Shown: positions 1-11,880, numbered from the whole stretch's first letter. The stretch: DNA of 63,917 nt, filler included, from Lama guanicoe (GCA_013239625.1; 194 parts of 194 records of this genome joined end to end with filler, not necessarily neighbours in it), one strand, 5' to 3'. A program made the numbers and translations. The notes: a model not told the origin generated them from the sequence alone.

Positions 1-230
1 ATATTAAGGCTAAATACAAATTTAACAAAAAATTATATTTAACTAAATTGGAAAGAAATGGTGGGTGTGTGTATATATATCCAGAACGGTTTAAGAGAAC
101 CACATTCTCACCTTCTAAGCTAAAAAAATCAATAAAAGTTTTTAAATTGAGAACTCAAGAATTAGCATTACTAAGCTGTCTTTTAGAAAAATGGAGGTAA
201 ATGGGAGAATAGTTGAAACTGAACAGAAAA

Positions 231-330
231 NNNNNNNNNNNNNNNNNNNNNNNNNNNNNNNNNNNNNNNNNNNNTTAATTAATTAANNNNNNNNNNNNNN
301 NNNNNNNNNNNNNNNNNNNNNNNNNNNNNN
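231..330. other. Artificial contig linker (first of 193 copies, recurring every ~330 nt)
   Basis: 44 N + TTAATTAATTAA (275-286) + 44 N, identical at every junction; the palindromic 12-mer gives TAA in all six frames. Confidence 0.98.
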
Positions 331-660
331 TGTAGAATGAACACATTTCCTATGGAAACTGCCTTAGAATTTTCCAGGCTCTTCTATAAAACACTACAAG
401 AATCATAGCATAACTGAAATATTATATTGTGTGTGCATGTGTGTGTATATAATAAAACTATAGTCAATAAAATGTTTTTAAGTTATACATATACTATCTA
501 TTCAGCAAAACATAAAAATATTAAATCAAAGCTTTTCATTGTTTTAATCTTAAATGCTGGNNNNNNNNNNNNNNNNNNNNNNNNNNNNNNNNNNNNNNNN
601 NNNNTTAATTAATTAANNNNNNNNNNNNNNNNNNNNNNNNNNNNNNNNNNNNNNNNNNNN

Positions 661-1220
661 GTGGCTTAAAAATGGTGGCCAAAGCCTTCTTGCCAGAGGT
701 TGATTGGTCTACTTAAGTAAGAAAAAAAGCCAAATGGAAGCAGTCTGATTTTCACCATGGAAACACAAATCAAGGGTCAGAAGAAATCTCCACAAGTCAT
801 CCAAGGCGAAGACTTTTGAACGCTAATAGTAAGAGAGGTGGTATGGGAAAATGAACACTGTCATATCCCACGGGGAGGAGACTAAACTGGNNNNNNNNNN
901 NNNNNNNNNNNNNNNNNNNNNNNNNNNNNNNNNNTTAATTAATTAANNNNNNNNNNNNNNNNNNNNNNNNNNNNNNNNNNNNNNNNNNNNGTGGCTTAAA
1001 AATGGTGGCCAAAGCCTTCTTGCCAGAGGTTGATTGGTCCACTTAAGTAAGAGGAAAACCCAAATGGAAGCAGTCTGATTTTCACCATGGAAACACAAAT
1101 CAAGGGTCGGAAGAAATCTCCACAAGTCACCCAAGGCGAAGACTTTTGAACGCTAATAGTAAGAGAGGTGATATGGGAAAATGAACACTGTCATATCCCA
1201 CGGGGAGGAGACTAAACTGG
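661..1220. other. Near-identical contig pair 661-890 / 991-1220 (assembly bubble arms)
   Basis: Same endpoints, 7 substitutions, first at contig base 50 and last at base 181. Confidence 0.9.
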
Positions 1221-1339
1221 NNNNNNNNNNNNNNNNNNNNNNNNNNNNNNNNNNNNNNNNNNNNTTAATTAATTAANNNNNNNNNNNNNNNNNNNNNNNN
1301 NNNNNNNNNNNNNNNNNNNNTTCCTCTGCTTTTATTGTA

Positions 1340-1511
1340 AAAGTAGCCTGAATTCTAACTTGGGTAAGATGATTCTTTGGGACAAGAGTCCACTATCTTC
1401 TCAGTCAGCTGGGTTTCTAAATAAAGTTGTTATTCTTCACCCCAACAACTCATACCTCAATTTATTTGCTTGTCCATGCGGTGAGCAGTAGGAGCTTGGA
1501 GTCTTGTTACA
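1340..1511 (+). mobile_element. ERV LTR 3' part (R/U5), same family as 38939-39145
   Basis: Shared blocks AGCCTGAATTCTAACT, TGGGACA, AATAAAGT and GAGCTTGGA; ends TGTTACA/GGTAACA (LTR ...CA terminus). Confidence 0.6.
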
Positions 1512-1650
1512 TTTATGTTGTACTCTGTAAACCTCCAAGGAACAGAAGGANNNNNNNNNNNNNNNNNNNNNNNNNNNNNNNNNNNNNNNNNNNNTTAATT
1601 AATTAANNNNNNNNNNNNNNNNNNNNNNNNNNNNNNNNNNNNNNNNNNNN

Positions 1651-1880
1651 CGGCCGCAGCGTGGGGGCGGGACCCGCGGCGGCTGTGTAGGGGCCCGCCC
1701 CGCCCAGGGGCGCTGGTCTGACTCAGCCAATCGGGAGCTCCGGGTACCTCTCTCGTGATTGCTTTGAATGGTTCTTGGGCCGCCTGAGGCAGCAGCAGGC
1801 TGGCCATGCCGCTGCCTTTTTGGGAGATTTGCTGAGATCGGGAGGGGAACCCGCCCCTCATCCTTTCGCCGGAGCCCCAC
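1651..1880. promoter_or_regulatory. CpG-island promoter-like fragment
   Basis: CpG-rich; GC boxes GGGGCGGG (1664-1671) and CCCGCCCCGCCC (~1694-1705); TGACTCAGC (1719-1727) abutting CCAAT (1727-1731). Confidence 0.55.
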
Positions 1881-2970
1881 NNNNNNNNNNNNNNNNNNNN
1901 NNNNNNNNNNNNNNNNNNNNNNNNTTAATTAATTAANNNNNNNNNNNNNNNNNNNNNNNNNNNNNNNNNNNNNNNNNNNNGGCTGTTTTTGGTATTATTG
2001 CCCAGTGTTTAGTATTTCTACCAGTAGTTGTGGATTGCAGGTAGAAATAACGTGATCATATGTGGTTTCATGACAAAAGACAGTTGCGTTTCCATAACAT
2101 TCTGTTTTCTGAAAGTAATCCATCTGCCACATGGAGTTAACCGTGCTTAAAATATATATATAGTGTGCAGATTTCACACAGGTGTAATCAGTTTCTGATG
2201 GGTGTTGCTANNNNNNNNNNNNNNNNNNNNNNNNNNNNNNNNNNNNNNNNNNNNTTAATTAATTAANNNNNNNNNNNNNNNNNNNNNNNNNNNNNNNNNN
2301 NNNNNNNNNNCACAGGACAGTTTTTATCTCAAGTGCATCGTGCTGAGAATACTAGGCCCAATCACCCTTGCCACAGCTTCTTTATACGGAGGGAATTGGG
2401 TGTTGAGATCACATGGTAAAAACAGGAGTTTTTTTCTCTAGTTTTTTTTTTTTTAATTTTCTTCACTTTATTAAAAATGAGATTGGTCCTGAAACATTGT
2501 GTTCAAATACTACTCCTGCAAATCACTTCTTTAATTTGACNNNNNNNNNNNNNNNNNNNNNNNNNNNNNNNNNNNNNNNNNNNNTTAATTAATTAANNNN
2601 NNNNNNNNNNNNNNNNNNNNNNNNNNNNNNNNNNNNNNNNCTTTCTGGCTTACTTCACTTAGTATGACAATCTCCAGGTCCATCCATGGGGCTGCAAGTG
2701 GCATTATTTTATTATTTTTAATGGCTGAATAGTATGACGGAGATGCAGTGTGTTCTTGATTCGGTCTTCAAATACAAAGTGCCATCTTTCCCTCCCTCCC
2801 CCAAGATGAGATAGGCTTTCCATAGAATAGCTCTCCCATCCAGCTAGGTTTAGGAACAATTCTGCCGTCANNNNNNNNNNNNNNNNNNNNNNNNNNNNNN
2901 NNNNNNNNNNNNNNTTAATTAATTAANNNNNNNNNNNNNNNNNNNNNNNNNNNNNNNNNNNNNNNNNNNN

Positions 2971-3200
2971 TCTGATTTATTTCACTTAGCATTATGTCTT
3001 CAAGATGCCATCCATGTTATAGCGTACCAGAATTTCATTTCCTTTAAAAGCTGAATTATATTTCCTTGTGTGTATATATATATATACACACCATATTTTG
3101 TTCATCATTCATAGGTTGATTGCTTTTAGATTATTTCCACCTTTTGGCTATTGTGACTACACTGCTTAAACATGGGTTTAACAAACATCTGTTCAATCTT
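2971..3200 (-). mobile_element. Old L1 (L1M-type) 3' region fragment
   Basis: Typical antisense L1 motifs TTCACTTAGCAT...CATCCATGTT...TTTCCACCTTTTGGCTATTGTGA. Confidence 0.75.
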
Positions 3201-4384
3201 NNNNNNNNNNNNNNNNNNNNNNNNNNNNNNNNNNNNNNNNNNNNTTAATTAATTAANNNNNNNNNNNNNNNNNNNNNNNNNNNNNNNNNNNNNNNNNNNN
3301 CACAAGACTGATGGCACAAGGACCAAGGGAAGGAATGTGAACCACTGACCTTCCTGATTTTAGAGTTCTTTTAGGTAAGGTGCTTTAAAAGAGAGTTGTG
3401 GGAAGTTAAATACTATGCAAAACAAAACAAAATCGTTTATGTCTCATTTTTCTATCGGATCCTACCAAACTCCATAGAACTACAGTGGAATGTGGCTCCT
3501 CCTAAACAGAAGATCCAGTTAAGAAGACCANNNNNNNNNNNNNNNNNNNNNNNNNNNNNNNNNNNNNNNNNNNNTTAATTAATTAANNNNNNNNNNNNNN
3601 NNNNNNNNNNNNNNNNNNNNNNNNNNNNNNAGTTTGTAACAAACATAAAGAGCAGAGACATTTCAGGAATATGGCACATTAGACTGTAGCGAGATTAATA
3701 TTAGCTGGAATGTTTAAAATCACTTTGATATAGCTGATAACTGGGTCTTGACTATCTCTTCTGGCAAAATATCCCAGTGTTACATCTAAGAGTAACAGCA
3801 TCAGACCAGAATTCTAGCCTCCGTGGTAAAAGCTCATTCTGTGTCCTGAAACAGAATTCCNNNNNNNNNNNNNNNNNNNNNNNNNNNNNNNNNNNNNNNN
3901 NNNNTTAATTAATTAANNNNNNNNNNNNNNNNNNNNNNNNNNNNNNNNNNNNNNNNNNNNTCACACAGCTTGTTCTTCTACCAGTAGCAAAGGCAAAAGC
4001 TGAGAAGCCCAACTGCGCCTCTGTTTGCCTCATGTTTGCCTCATGTTTGCCAATATCCCATTGACCAAAGCAAGATACAAGGGCGACACCAAAGTCAAAC
4101 GGTGGATGAGGAAGAACATTCTATCCCATGTAAGTCTATGGCAAGGTTATGGATATATTATACAACTGAAGGGAAGCAATGTTGATATAANNNNNNNNNN
4201 NNNNNNNNNNNNNNNNNNNNNNNNNNNNNNNNNNTTAATTAATTAANNNNNNNNNNNNNNNNNNNNNNNNNNNNNNNNNNNNNNNNNNNNTTCCTGTCTT
4301 TTCCATATGATGAAACACAGATGCGTTTTGGATGTGGGTCTAAACACAACCAGGGAACAGCAAACCCAATCTGTACGGTGAGCC

Positions 4385-4520
4385 AACACAGCACAGTGGT
4401 TAAGGCACAGGGCCTGGAGCCTGGGTTTCCATGCAGGCTCCTTCTCACCCACCAGCTGTGTGACCTTGAATGAGTCACTGACCTCTCAGAGCCTCCGTTT
4501 GGCCGTGTGTAAAACGGAAG
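4385..4520. mobile_element. MIR SINE fragment
   Basis: Core MIR motifs AGCACAGTGGTTAAG...AGCTGTGTGACCTTG...CCTCTCAGAGCCTCCGTTT...TGTAAAA. Confidence 0.75.
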
Positions 4521-4620
4521 NNNNNNNNNNNNNNNNNNNNNNNNNNNNNNNNNNNNNNNNNNNNTTAATTAATTAANNNNNNNNNNNNNNNNNNNNNNNN
4601 NNNNNNNNNNNNNNNNNNNN

Positions 4621-4850
4621 GCTCTGAAATGGAAAAGGCATCGTGAGCGAAGGGATGAAGGCAATGCAGTGGGGACGGAGCACAGAAAGCAGAGGAAACT
4701 TGCGACCAGACACCTTTTCCTCCTTCCTCGGAGATCCTACTGCAGTGATTAAAACTGAGATTCCCTGACCGTGTTTCAGACTCTGTGGTGATAGCTGGGC
4801 AGGGCCTCGGGATTATAAAACAACCAGATCACAGCTCTGCAGCAGAATGT
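4621..4850. other. Bubble arm paired with 52799-53028
   Basis: Same endpoints, 10 substitutions, first at base 50 and last at base 181. Confidence 0.9.
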
Positions 4851-5610
4851 NNNNNNNNNNNNNNNNNNNNNNNNNNNNNNNNNNNNNNNNNNNNTTAATT
4901 AATTAANNNNNNNNNNNNNNNNNNNNNNNNNNNNNNNNNNNNNNNNNNNNCCGCAGTGCCTGGTTAGGTCTGTACATCCGAGCATTTGGGGTCTGTCATG
5001 TCCTTGGGTGGCAGATCAGGATGATCAATCCTTCCATCCCAGGAATCCTTGTCTCTGCCCGCATCAGCCACACAAGCCCCAGCCTCAGTTTCCTTAGCTG
5101 TGCAATGGGACTAAGGAGGCGCGGCCCAACCGCCCCACCCAGCCCCAGCCTCCGCCAGATGCCTCCCAGGCTCCCGCAGANNNNNNNNNNNNNNNNNNNN
5201 NNNNNNNNNNNNNNNNNNNNNNNNTTAATTAATTAANNNNNNNNNNNNNNNNNNNNNNNNNNNNNNNNNNNNNNNNNNNNCATCCGCATGGGGCTCCAGC
5301 TCACTGCCTGACACAGCACTCCTTAAGCTCGCGTGTTATTCTTGTTCCCAGTCCCTAGGGCAAGCCCTGCCTCCCCCACATTCCCTCCAGCCGAGGCCTC
5401 AGCTGCGTCCTCAACCCAGCCCCGCTCCCCGTCTCCCAGGGTTAGGGCCCCAGGGCCACATGACAGCGGAGGTGTGATTCCCCTGCTTTGGTCTCAATGT
5501 GTGGACAGCTNNNNNNNNNNNNNNNNNNNNNNNNNNNNNNNNNNNNNNNNNNNNTTAATTAATTAANNNNNNNNNNNNNNNNNNNNNNNNNNNNNNNNNN
5601 NNNNNNNNNN

Positions 5611-5840
5611 TTTATATCTGTTAGTAATTATTTTATGTACTTAGGTGCTCATCTATTTGGTGCATATGTATAAATGAGTGTGCTATCCTCATAATGTATC
5701 ACTCCTTGAATCATAATAAAATGTCCTTCTTTATCTTTCTTTATGGCCTTTGTATTAAAAGCTACTTTGTCTGAAATCAGTTCTGCAACACCTCCTTTTT
5801 GGCTTTTCAAATTGTATGGAATACCCTTTTCTGTCCTTTC
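5611..5840 (-). mobile_element. L1 ORF2 endonuclease-region fragment (degenerate)
   Basis: Antisense motif TTAGGTGCTC...GGTGCATATGTAT...ATAATAAAATGTCCTTCTTTATC, matching the L1 EN region (NIYAPN-like on the minus strand). Confidence 0.75.
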
Positions 5841-5970
5841 NNNNNNNNNNNNNNNNNNNNNNNNNNNNNNNNNNNNNNNNNNNNTTAATTAATTAANNNN
5901 NNNNNNNNNNNNNNNNNNNNNNNNNNNNNNNNNNNNNNNNATTCTCCTGCTCTTAAAAAGTCCCTTGACA

Positions 5971-6131
5971 GGGGGAGGGTATAGCTCAGTGGTAGAATGA
6001 GTGCATGCGTAGCATGGACATGGTCCTGGGTTCAGTCCCTCCTGGGTTCAGTCCCTAGTATCTCCATTAAATAAATAAATACATACATACATAAATAAAT
6101 AAGCCCAATTACCACCCCCAATTTTTTTTAT
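5971..6131 (+). mobile_element. Near full-length tRNA-derived SINE, camelid Vic-1-like
   Basis: GGGGGAGGGTATAGCTCAGTGGTAGA (A box)...GGTCCTGGGTTCAGTCCC (B-box region)...CTCCATTAAATAAATAAA...CCCAATTACCACCCCC; degenerate TSD AAAGTCCCTTGAC / AAAGCCCCTTGGC. Confidence 0.8.
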
Positions 6132-6298
6132 AAAGCCCCTTGGCCATTTATATTCACTTGGATTCCTGCCNNNNNNNNNNNNNNNNNNNNNNNNNNNNNN
6201 NNNNNNNNNNNNNNTTAATTAATTAANNNNNNNNNNNNNNNNNNNNNNNNNNNNNNNNNNNNNNNNNNNNAAAGCAGTGGCTGGCTATGGGAAGTGCC

Positions 6299-6330
6299 GT
6301 GTGTGTGTGTGTGTGTGTGCGCGTGTGTGT
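6299..6330. repeat. (GT)n microsatellite, interrupted
   Basis: gtgtgt...gcgcgtgtgtgt seen directly. Confidence 0.9.
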
Positions 6331-7260
6331 CTGTATTAAGCAAATAGCATAAATGAGCAGTTGGGTAAACGAAGATAAAAAAAAATACAAAGTAAAATCT
6401 GATCTGATATCAAAAGTAGCCTCTCTGAGATTCTCTTGGTCTTCCCCTTATACATGTCACCTCATGGTGACAAGATGGGAGCTTCAAGCCTGGACATCAC
6501 NNNNNNNNNNNNNNNNNNNNNNNNNNNNNNNNNNNNNNNNNNNNTTAATTAATTAANNNNNNNNNNNNNNNNNNNNNNNNNNNNNNNNNNNNNNNNNNNN
6601 AAAACACAGAAAAGAGAAATGGTGACAAGTGAGTGAACGCACAGGGTCCCGCCAATGCATGTCCGAATCAGGACACAGGGAGTCTTCCCACCGGGCAGGG
6701 GCAGCAGGGACCAGCGAGGAGAGACAGTGGTCAGTGTGGGACGTGGAGCCCACATGGAGGAGCCCACCTTTCCCTGGCTCACGGTTCCTTCTCAGCCAAG
6801 GACGGTTAGGGAGTCCCAGGGATGACACAGNNNNNNNNNNNNNNNNNNNNNNNNNNNNNNNNNNNNNNNNNNNNTTAATTAATTAANNNNNNNNNNNNNN
6901 NNNNNNNNNNNNNNNNNNNNNNNNNNNNNNTATCTTCCTTGGATAAATAAACAAGAATAATTTCAATTGAAAAAATTCTAGGAAAATAGTTGAAAGTTCT
7001 TGAAAATAGACTACTTTTGTCCAAATTCTATATGAAAACAGAAAAAGTAATGAAATAGCAAAATAGTAACAACATCAAGTTGATAACACATATGGCAAAA
7101 AAGGTAAGAGGATATCCCTTAGGATCTGAAATATAGGCAGATAGCAGCAAACTACCAAATNNNNNNNNNNNNNNNNNNNNNNNNNNNNNNNNNNNNNNNN
7201 NNNNTTAATTAATTAANNNNNNNNNNNNNNNNNNNNNNNNNNNNNNNNNNNNNNNNNNNN

Positions 7261-7490
7261 ATAACAACCTTCTGCCACCGAGTAGCACATGAGGAAGTCC
7301 GCTCTGGCAGGCAGTGCGCACACCGAGGCGGCGTCCACCTGGGTTACGTTGGCATCAAGCACATCTGTCTGATGATCCAGGACATCCAAAGAAATGACGG
7401 GCACATCGTGCTGGTTTCCCCGACGCGCCTGAATGATAAACGTCTTGGGTTTTCCAACCAGGCTCTGACACCTGTCTCCTTTGATCAAGC
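7261..7490 (-). pseudogene. CASP6: Processed (intronless) caspase-6 retrocopy fragment with catalytic Cys->Arg
   Basis: Translation [74 protein letters not shown] matches recalled CASP6 [36 protein letters not shown]...[28 protein letters not shown]; reads through the IIQ|ACRG exon junction; codon CGT at 7425-7423. Confidence 0.88.
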
Positions 7491-9240
7491 NNNNNNNNNN
7501 NNNNNNNNNNNNNNNNNNNNNNNNNNNNNNNNNNTTAATTAATTAANNNNNNNNNNNNNNNNNNNNNNNNNNNNNNNNNNNNNNNNNNNNGAAGGATAAA
7601 GAGATGGATGCACATAGAAGCTTCCTGCTCACCCCTCCACGCCACCAAGAAAGCCATCTTTCTAAAAAAAAAAAAAAAAATCCGGAATGTTCTTTAATAG
7701 CCTTTTAAGAGCCATTGTTTCAAAACAGTTCAAGGTGGTGAACAATGAACATTTGCCATTTATATCGACTCCAGAGTGAGGGTTACCTGAATTTGAATCC
7801 CAGTTCTGTTCTATTCAATANNNNNNNNNNNNNNNNNNNNNNNNNNNNNNNNNNNNNNNNNNNNTTAATTAATTAANNNNNNNNNNNNNNNNNNNNNNNN
7901 NNNNNNNNNNNNNNNNNNNNACAAATGCTTACTTACACATGGCGATTTTCCTTCTGGAATGCTCCTTTTTGGAATCCCGCTGCCCTCTTGTGAGGAAGCC
8001 CAAGCTAACCACTTAAAATGTCCCCGAACTCTCTAAACAAGCCAATTTGATACAATCCCTAATATTTAGGGATACATATTAGTATACCTAATCTATGAAG
8101 GCAAACAAGAGGATGTCACAGAACGTGAAGTGGTTACCTTTGCAGATTTTNNNNNNNNNNNNNNNNNNNNNNNNNNNNNNNNNNNNNNNNNNNNTTAATT
8201 AATTAANNNNNNNNNNNNNNNNNNNNNNNNNNNNNNNNNNNNNNNNNNNNAGTCATTGTGAAGGAAAAAAATCAAAAGTCAAAACTGTTAACTTTGTAGA
8301 ATATAATGCTGCATTCTGTAAAAGTCCTGAATAAAAAAATAATGAGGATTATTCATGAGGATTGTGATCATAAAAATCATGTCTATAAATAATAATTTTG
8401 CATCTATTATTTTTCAGTGTTGAATATTTTTCACTTTAAGATATGTGTCATTCTTATTTTACACTTGAAGAAACCATGGCNNNNNNNNNNNNNNNNNNNN
8501 NNNNNNNNNNNNNNNNNNNNNNNNTTAATTAATTAANNNNNNNNNNNNNNNNNNNNNNNNNNNNNNNNNNNNNNNNNNNNCCAGGGAGCCTTGGGGACCC
8601 TCTGCGCTGGGCTCAGCTCCTGCAGAGCACCCCCGGTGGGGGCAGAGGGGCCGTCAGCCTCGTTAGAAGCTGTGCCCAGCGCGCCCCGTCTTCCCGCAGC
8701 CTTTCTTCCTGGCCGTTTGAAACCCGGCCGCCTCGACCTCACGGGCAGTTTTCTGGCAGGAACAAGGCCATTAGGTCTCCTCCGGTGAAGGCTTTCCTGT
8801 TGCTCCCAGTNNNNNNNNNNNNNNNNNNNNNNNNNNNNNNNNNNNNNNNNNNNNTTAATTAATTAANNNNNNNNNNNNNNNNNNNNNNNNNNNNNNNNNN
8901 NNNNNNNNNNATCTCCATCAGGAGCCCCCTCCTCTCCCGGAAGAGAAAAATCATCTTCCGGGAAAAAGGTGTCCCGGAATCATTGGATCTTCTGTTCAGA
9001 ACCTGATTCCTGACGCCCGGCACGGGGTCTCCATGGTCTGCACTCAGTAAAACACTTGATGAATTATTTAAATTATAGTTCCTCCCCGTCACCAAGTTTG
9101 TGACTAAAATCAGCTCAGGAGGGAAGGTCAGTGAACACCANNNNNNNNNNNNNNNNNNNNNNNNNNNNNNNNNNNNNNNNNNNNTTAATTAATTAANNNN
9201 NNNNNNNNNNNNNNNNNNNNNNNNNNNNNNNNNNNNNNNN

Positions 9241-9425
9241 AATACAGTTCCCTGTGCTACACAGTAGGACCTTGTTGTTTATCTATTCTATATATAGTAG
9301 TTAGTGTCTAAAATCTCAAACTCCCAATTTATCCCTCCCTACCGTCTTTGCCCCTGGTAACCATAAATTTGCTTTTCTATGTCTGTGAGACTGTCTCTGT
9401 TTTGTGAATAAATTCATTTGTGCCC
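9241..9425 (-). mobile_element. Cetartiodactyl-type L1 3' UTR fragment (also 47540-47748 and 54140-54348)
   Basis: Shared blocks CTGTGCTAYACAG...TTGTTGTTTATCTATTYTATATATAGTAG...CAAACTCC...GGTAACCATAA...TTTCTATGTCT across the three contigs. Confidence 0.8.
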
Positions 9426-9900
9426 TTTTCTTTTTTCTTTCTATATTTCTTTTCCTTTTCTTTTTTTTTTNNNNNNNNNNNNNNNNNNNNNNNNNNNNNN
9501 NNNNNNNNNNNNNNTTAATTAATTAANNNNNNNNNNNNNNNNNNNNNNNNNNNNNNNNNNNNNNNNNNNNACTGGCTTGAATTCAGGATGAATTTGCTGA
9601 TCTGGAGTATCGGTAGAACGCAGATCCCCTAATTCTCCAATGTCTTTTTCCATTTCAGTACATTTGCTTGGGCTGTGTTCCTCTTTGGTTGAACTTGGTT
9701 TTCAGGTTTTGGTTGCCTTTAAATGGTTGCATCTCAAAATAGATTTCCATGGGAAACGTCATCTTTTCTATTATGCATGGCACACTTTTATCTACTAGAA
9801 NNNNNNNNNNNNNNNNNNNNNNNNNNNNNNNNNNNNNNNNNNNNTTAATTAATTAANNNNNNNNNNNNNNNNNNNNNNNNNNNNNNNNNNNNNNNNNNNN

Positions 9901-10130
9901 TCCTGTGTCTGAGCATTAACCTAAAATACCTTTGTTGAGCTCAAGGAAACCTCCCGACCAGGCCCGCCTGTGACTGACCGCAGGACATTCACACATGCCC
10001 CCTGGAGTCTGGCCAGAACCAGGAAATATTTGCAACACCTTTCACCTTTTATTCTTTACTGCCTCACTTCTGCTTTCTGTTCTATAAACAAATTAACATC
10101 CAAACCCAGGCAAGATGGTTCTTTGGGACA
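9901..10130 (+). mobile_element. ERV LTR U3/R fragment
   Basis: TATA-like CTATAAA followed by AAGATGGTTCTTTGGGACA, shared with 1321-1550. Confidence 0.5.
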
Positions 10131-10890
10131 NNNNNNNNNNNNNNNNNNNNNNNNNNNNNNNNNNNNNNNNNNNNTTAATTAATTAANNNNNNNNNNNNNN
10201 NNNNNNNNNNNNNNNNNNNNNNNNNNNNNNTATTCTCTCTTGTCCTTACTGAGAGACAGACAGAGACAAAATCACAAGGTGCAGCCTATATGGCTCTGTG
10301 AAGATCCTTGCTGTGTCCCAGTGCTCCCACTGGTCTGGCACAGCAACCCCCAGAAGACAACTGTCATTAACTTATGTGAGGAGTGAGTAAATCCACAGAC
10401 TATGGTGAGAAAGGAAAACACCGATGCCTTGCATTTCTACAGTACATAAGCATACTTAGCNNNNNNNNNNNNNNNNNNNNNNNNNNNNNNNNNNNNNNNN
10501 NNNNTTAATTAATTAANNNNNNNNNNNNNNNNNNNNNNNNNNNNNNNNNNNNNNNNNNNNGTAAACGGAGCACAGACCCAGCTTTGACCTGAAGACAGAC
10601 ACCAAACTGCCAATCTGAACTTCACTGCTGATGGCCTCGGGGGGCCAGGGGGCCAGAAGTCAAAGCCCAGGGCCCACTAAAGGTTAGGGATTTAATGGGA
10701 GGCCCTCCCCACATGAGGTTGTAACTCCAAAGGGCTACCCCTTTAGATAATGGTACACCAGAAATAAGCTTGCTCCTTTCCCATCCCTGGNNNNNNNNNN
10801 NNNNNNNNNNNNNNNNNNNNNNNNNNNNNNNNNNTTAATTAATTAANNNNNNNNNNNNNNNNNNNNNNNNNNNNNNNNNNNNNNNNNNNN

Positions 10891-11120
10891 ACTGAGATAC
10901 AGTATGGTTTGACTTACATGTATCATACAGTGATCACCGTGGTAAGCGTAGGTAACATCCATCATCTCACATAGACACACAAAAGATGTTTTTTCTGTGA
11001 TGAGAATTCTTAGCATTTACTGCCTTAACAACTTTCCTATTTATCATACAGTGGTGTTACCCACAGTCATAAGGTTGTGCGCCGCATCCCCAGCACTTAT
11101 GTATCTTATAACTAGAAGTT
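10891..11120 (-). mobile_element. L1MA/MB-type 3' end fragment
   Basis: TAACATCCATCATCTCACATAG...GTGATGAGAA...CAACTTTC...CATCCCCAG.ACTTAT..ATCTTATAACT. Confidence 0.7.
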
Positions 11121-11880
11121 NNNNNNNNNNNNNNNNNNNNNNNNNNNNNNNNNNNNNNNNNNNNTTAATTAATTAANNNNNNNNNNNNNNNNNNNNNNNN
11201 NNNNNNNNNNNNNNNNNNNNCTTTGTGGAATTCCAGGAGTCCAGTGGAGAAGTAGCACACTGTTAGAGTGAAAGAAAATAAACCTCTAAGATTGCATGGA
11301 TCAAAGAAGGTAAGACAAACATCTTGACTTTACCCATGTCATCTTTCACCCAGGGCAACACAACTCAGAGACTGAAATTTTACCAAGTATATTTTCCAAC
11401 TGAAATGTTATGAAACTAGAAATTAATAACAAGAGGAAAACTGTAAAATTNNNNNNNNNNNNNNNNNNNNNNNNNNNNNNNNNNNNNNNNNNNNTTAATT
11501 AATTAANNNNNNNNNNNNNNNNNNNNNNNNNNNNNNNNNNNNNNNNNNNNTCTGATGAAATATTATTTTTTTCCGCCCATCTCCTACCAATTCTATGAAT
11601 TTTTACCTCTATATTTAGGAAAAAAGCCTTGTGCAATGGTTCATGTCTATCCAGAAATTTAAGCGATTGCACTGGTTTTGAACATTTTAATATAGTAAGG
11701 CTGATTTTCTTCTTATTTAGCTTTAAAAATATGATGGGGTACCCCAGACACTGTAAACTGAGACTTGTTAAAATATGTGTNNNNNNNNNNNNNNNNNNNN
11801 NNNNNNNNNNNNNNNNNNNNNNNNTTAATTAATTAANNNNNNNNNNNNNNNNNNNNNNNNNNNNNNNNNNNNNNNNNNNN

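Noticed and set aside
661..1220. Apparent tandem duplications (also 17491-18050 and 52139-52698)
   Set aside because: Copies are separate contigs with identical ends and the 50/181 mismatch signature; their adjacency reflects contig ordering, not genome structure
5971..6060. tRNA gene
   Set aside because: A and B boxes are present, but I could not form a cloverleaf or acceptor stem; it continues into a SINE body, A-rich tail and TSD
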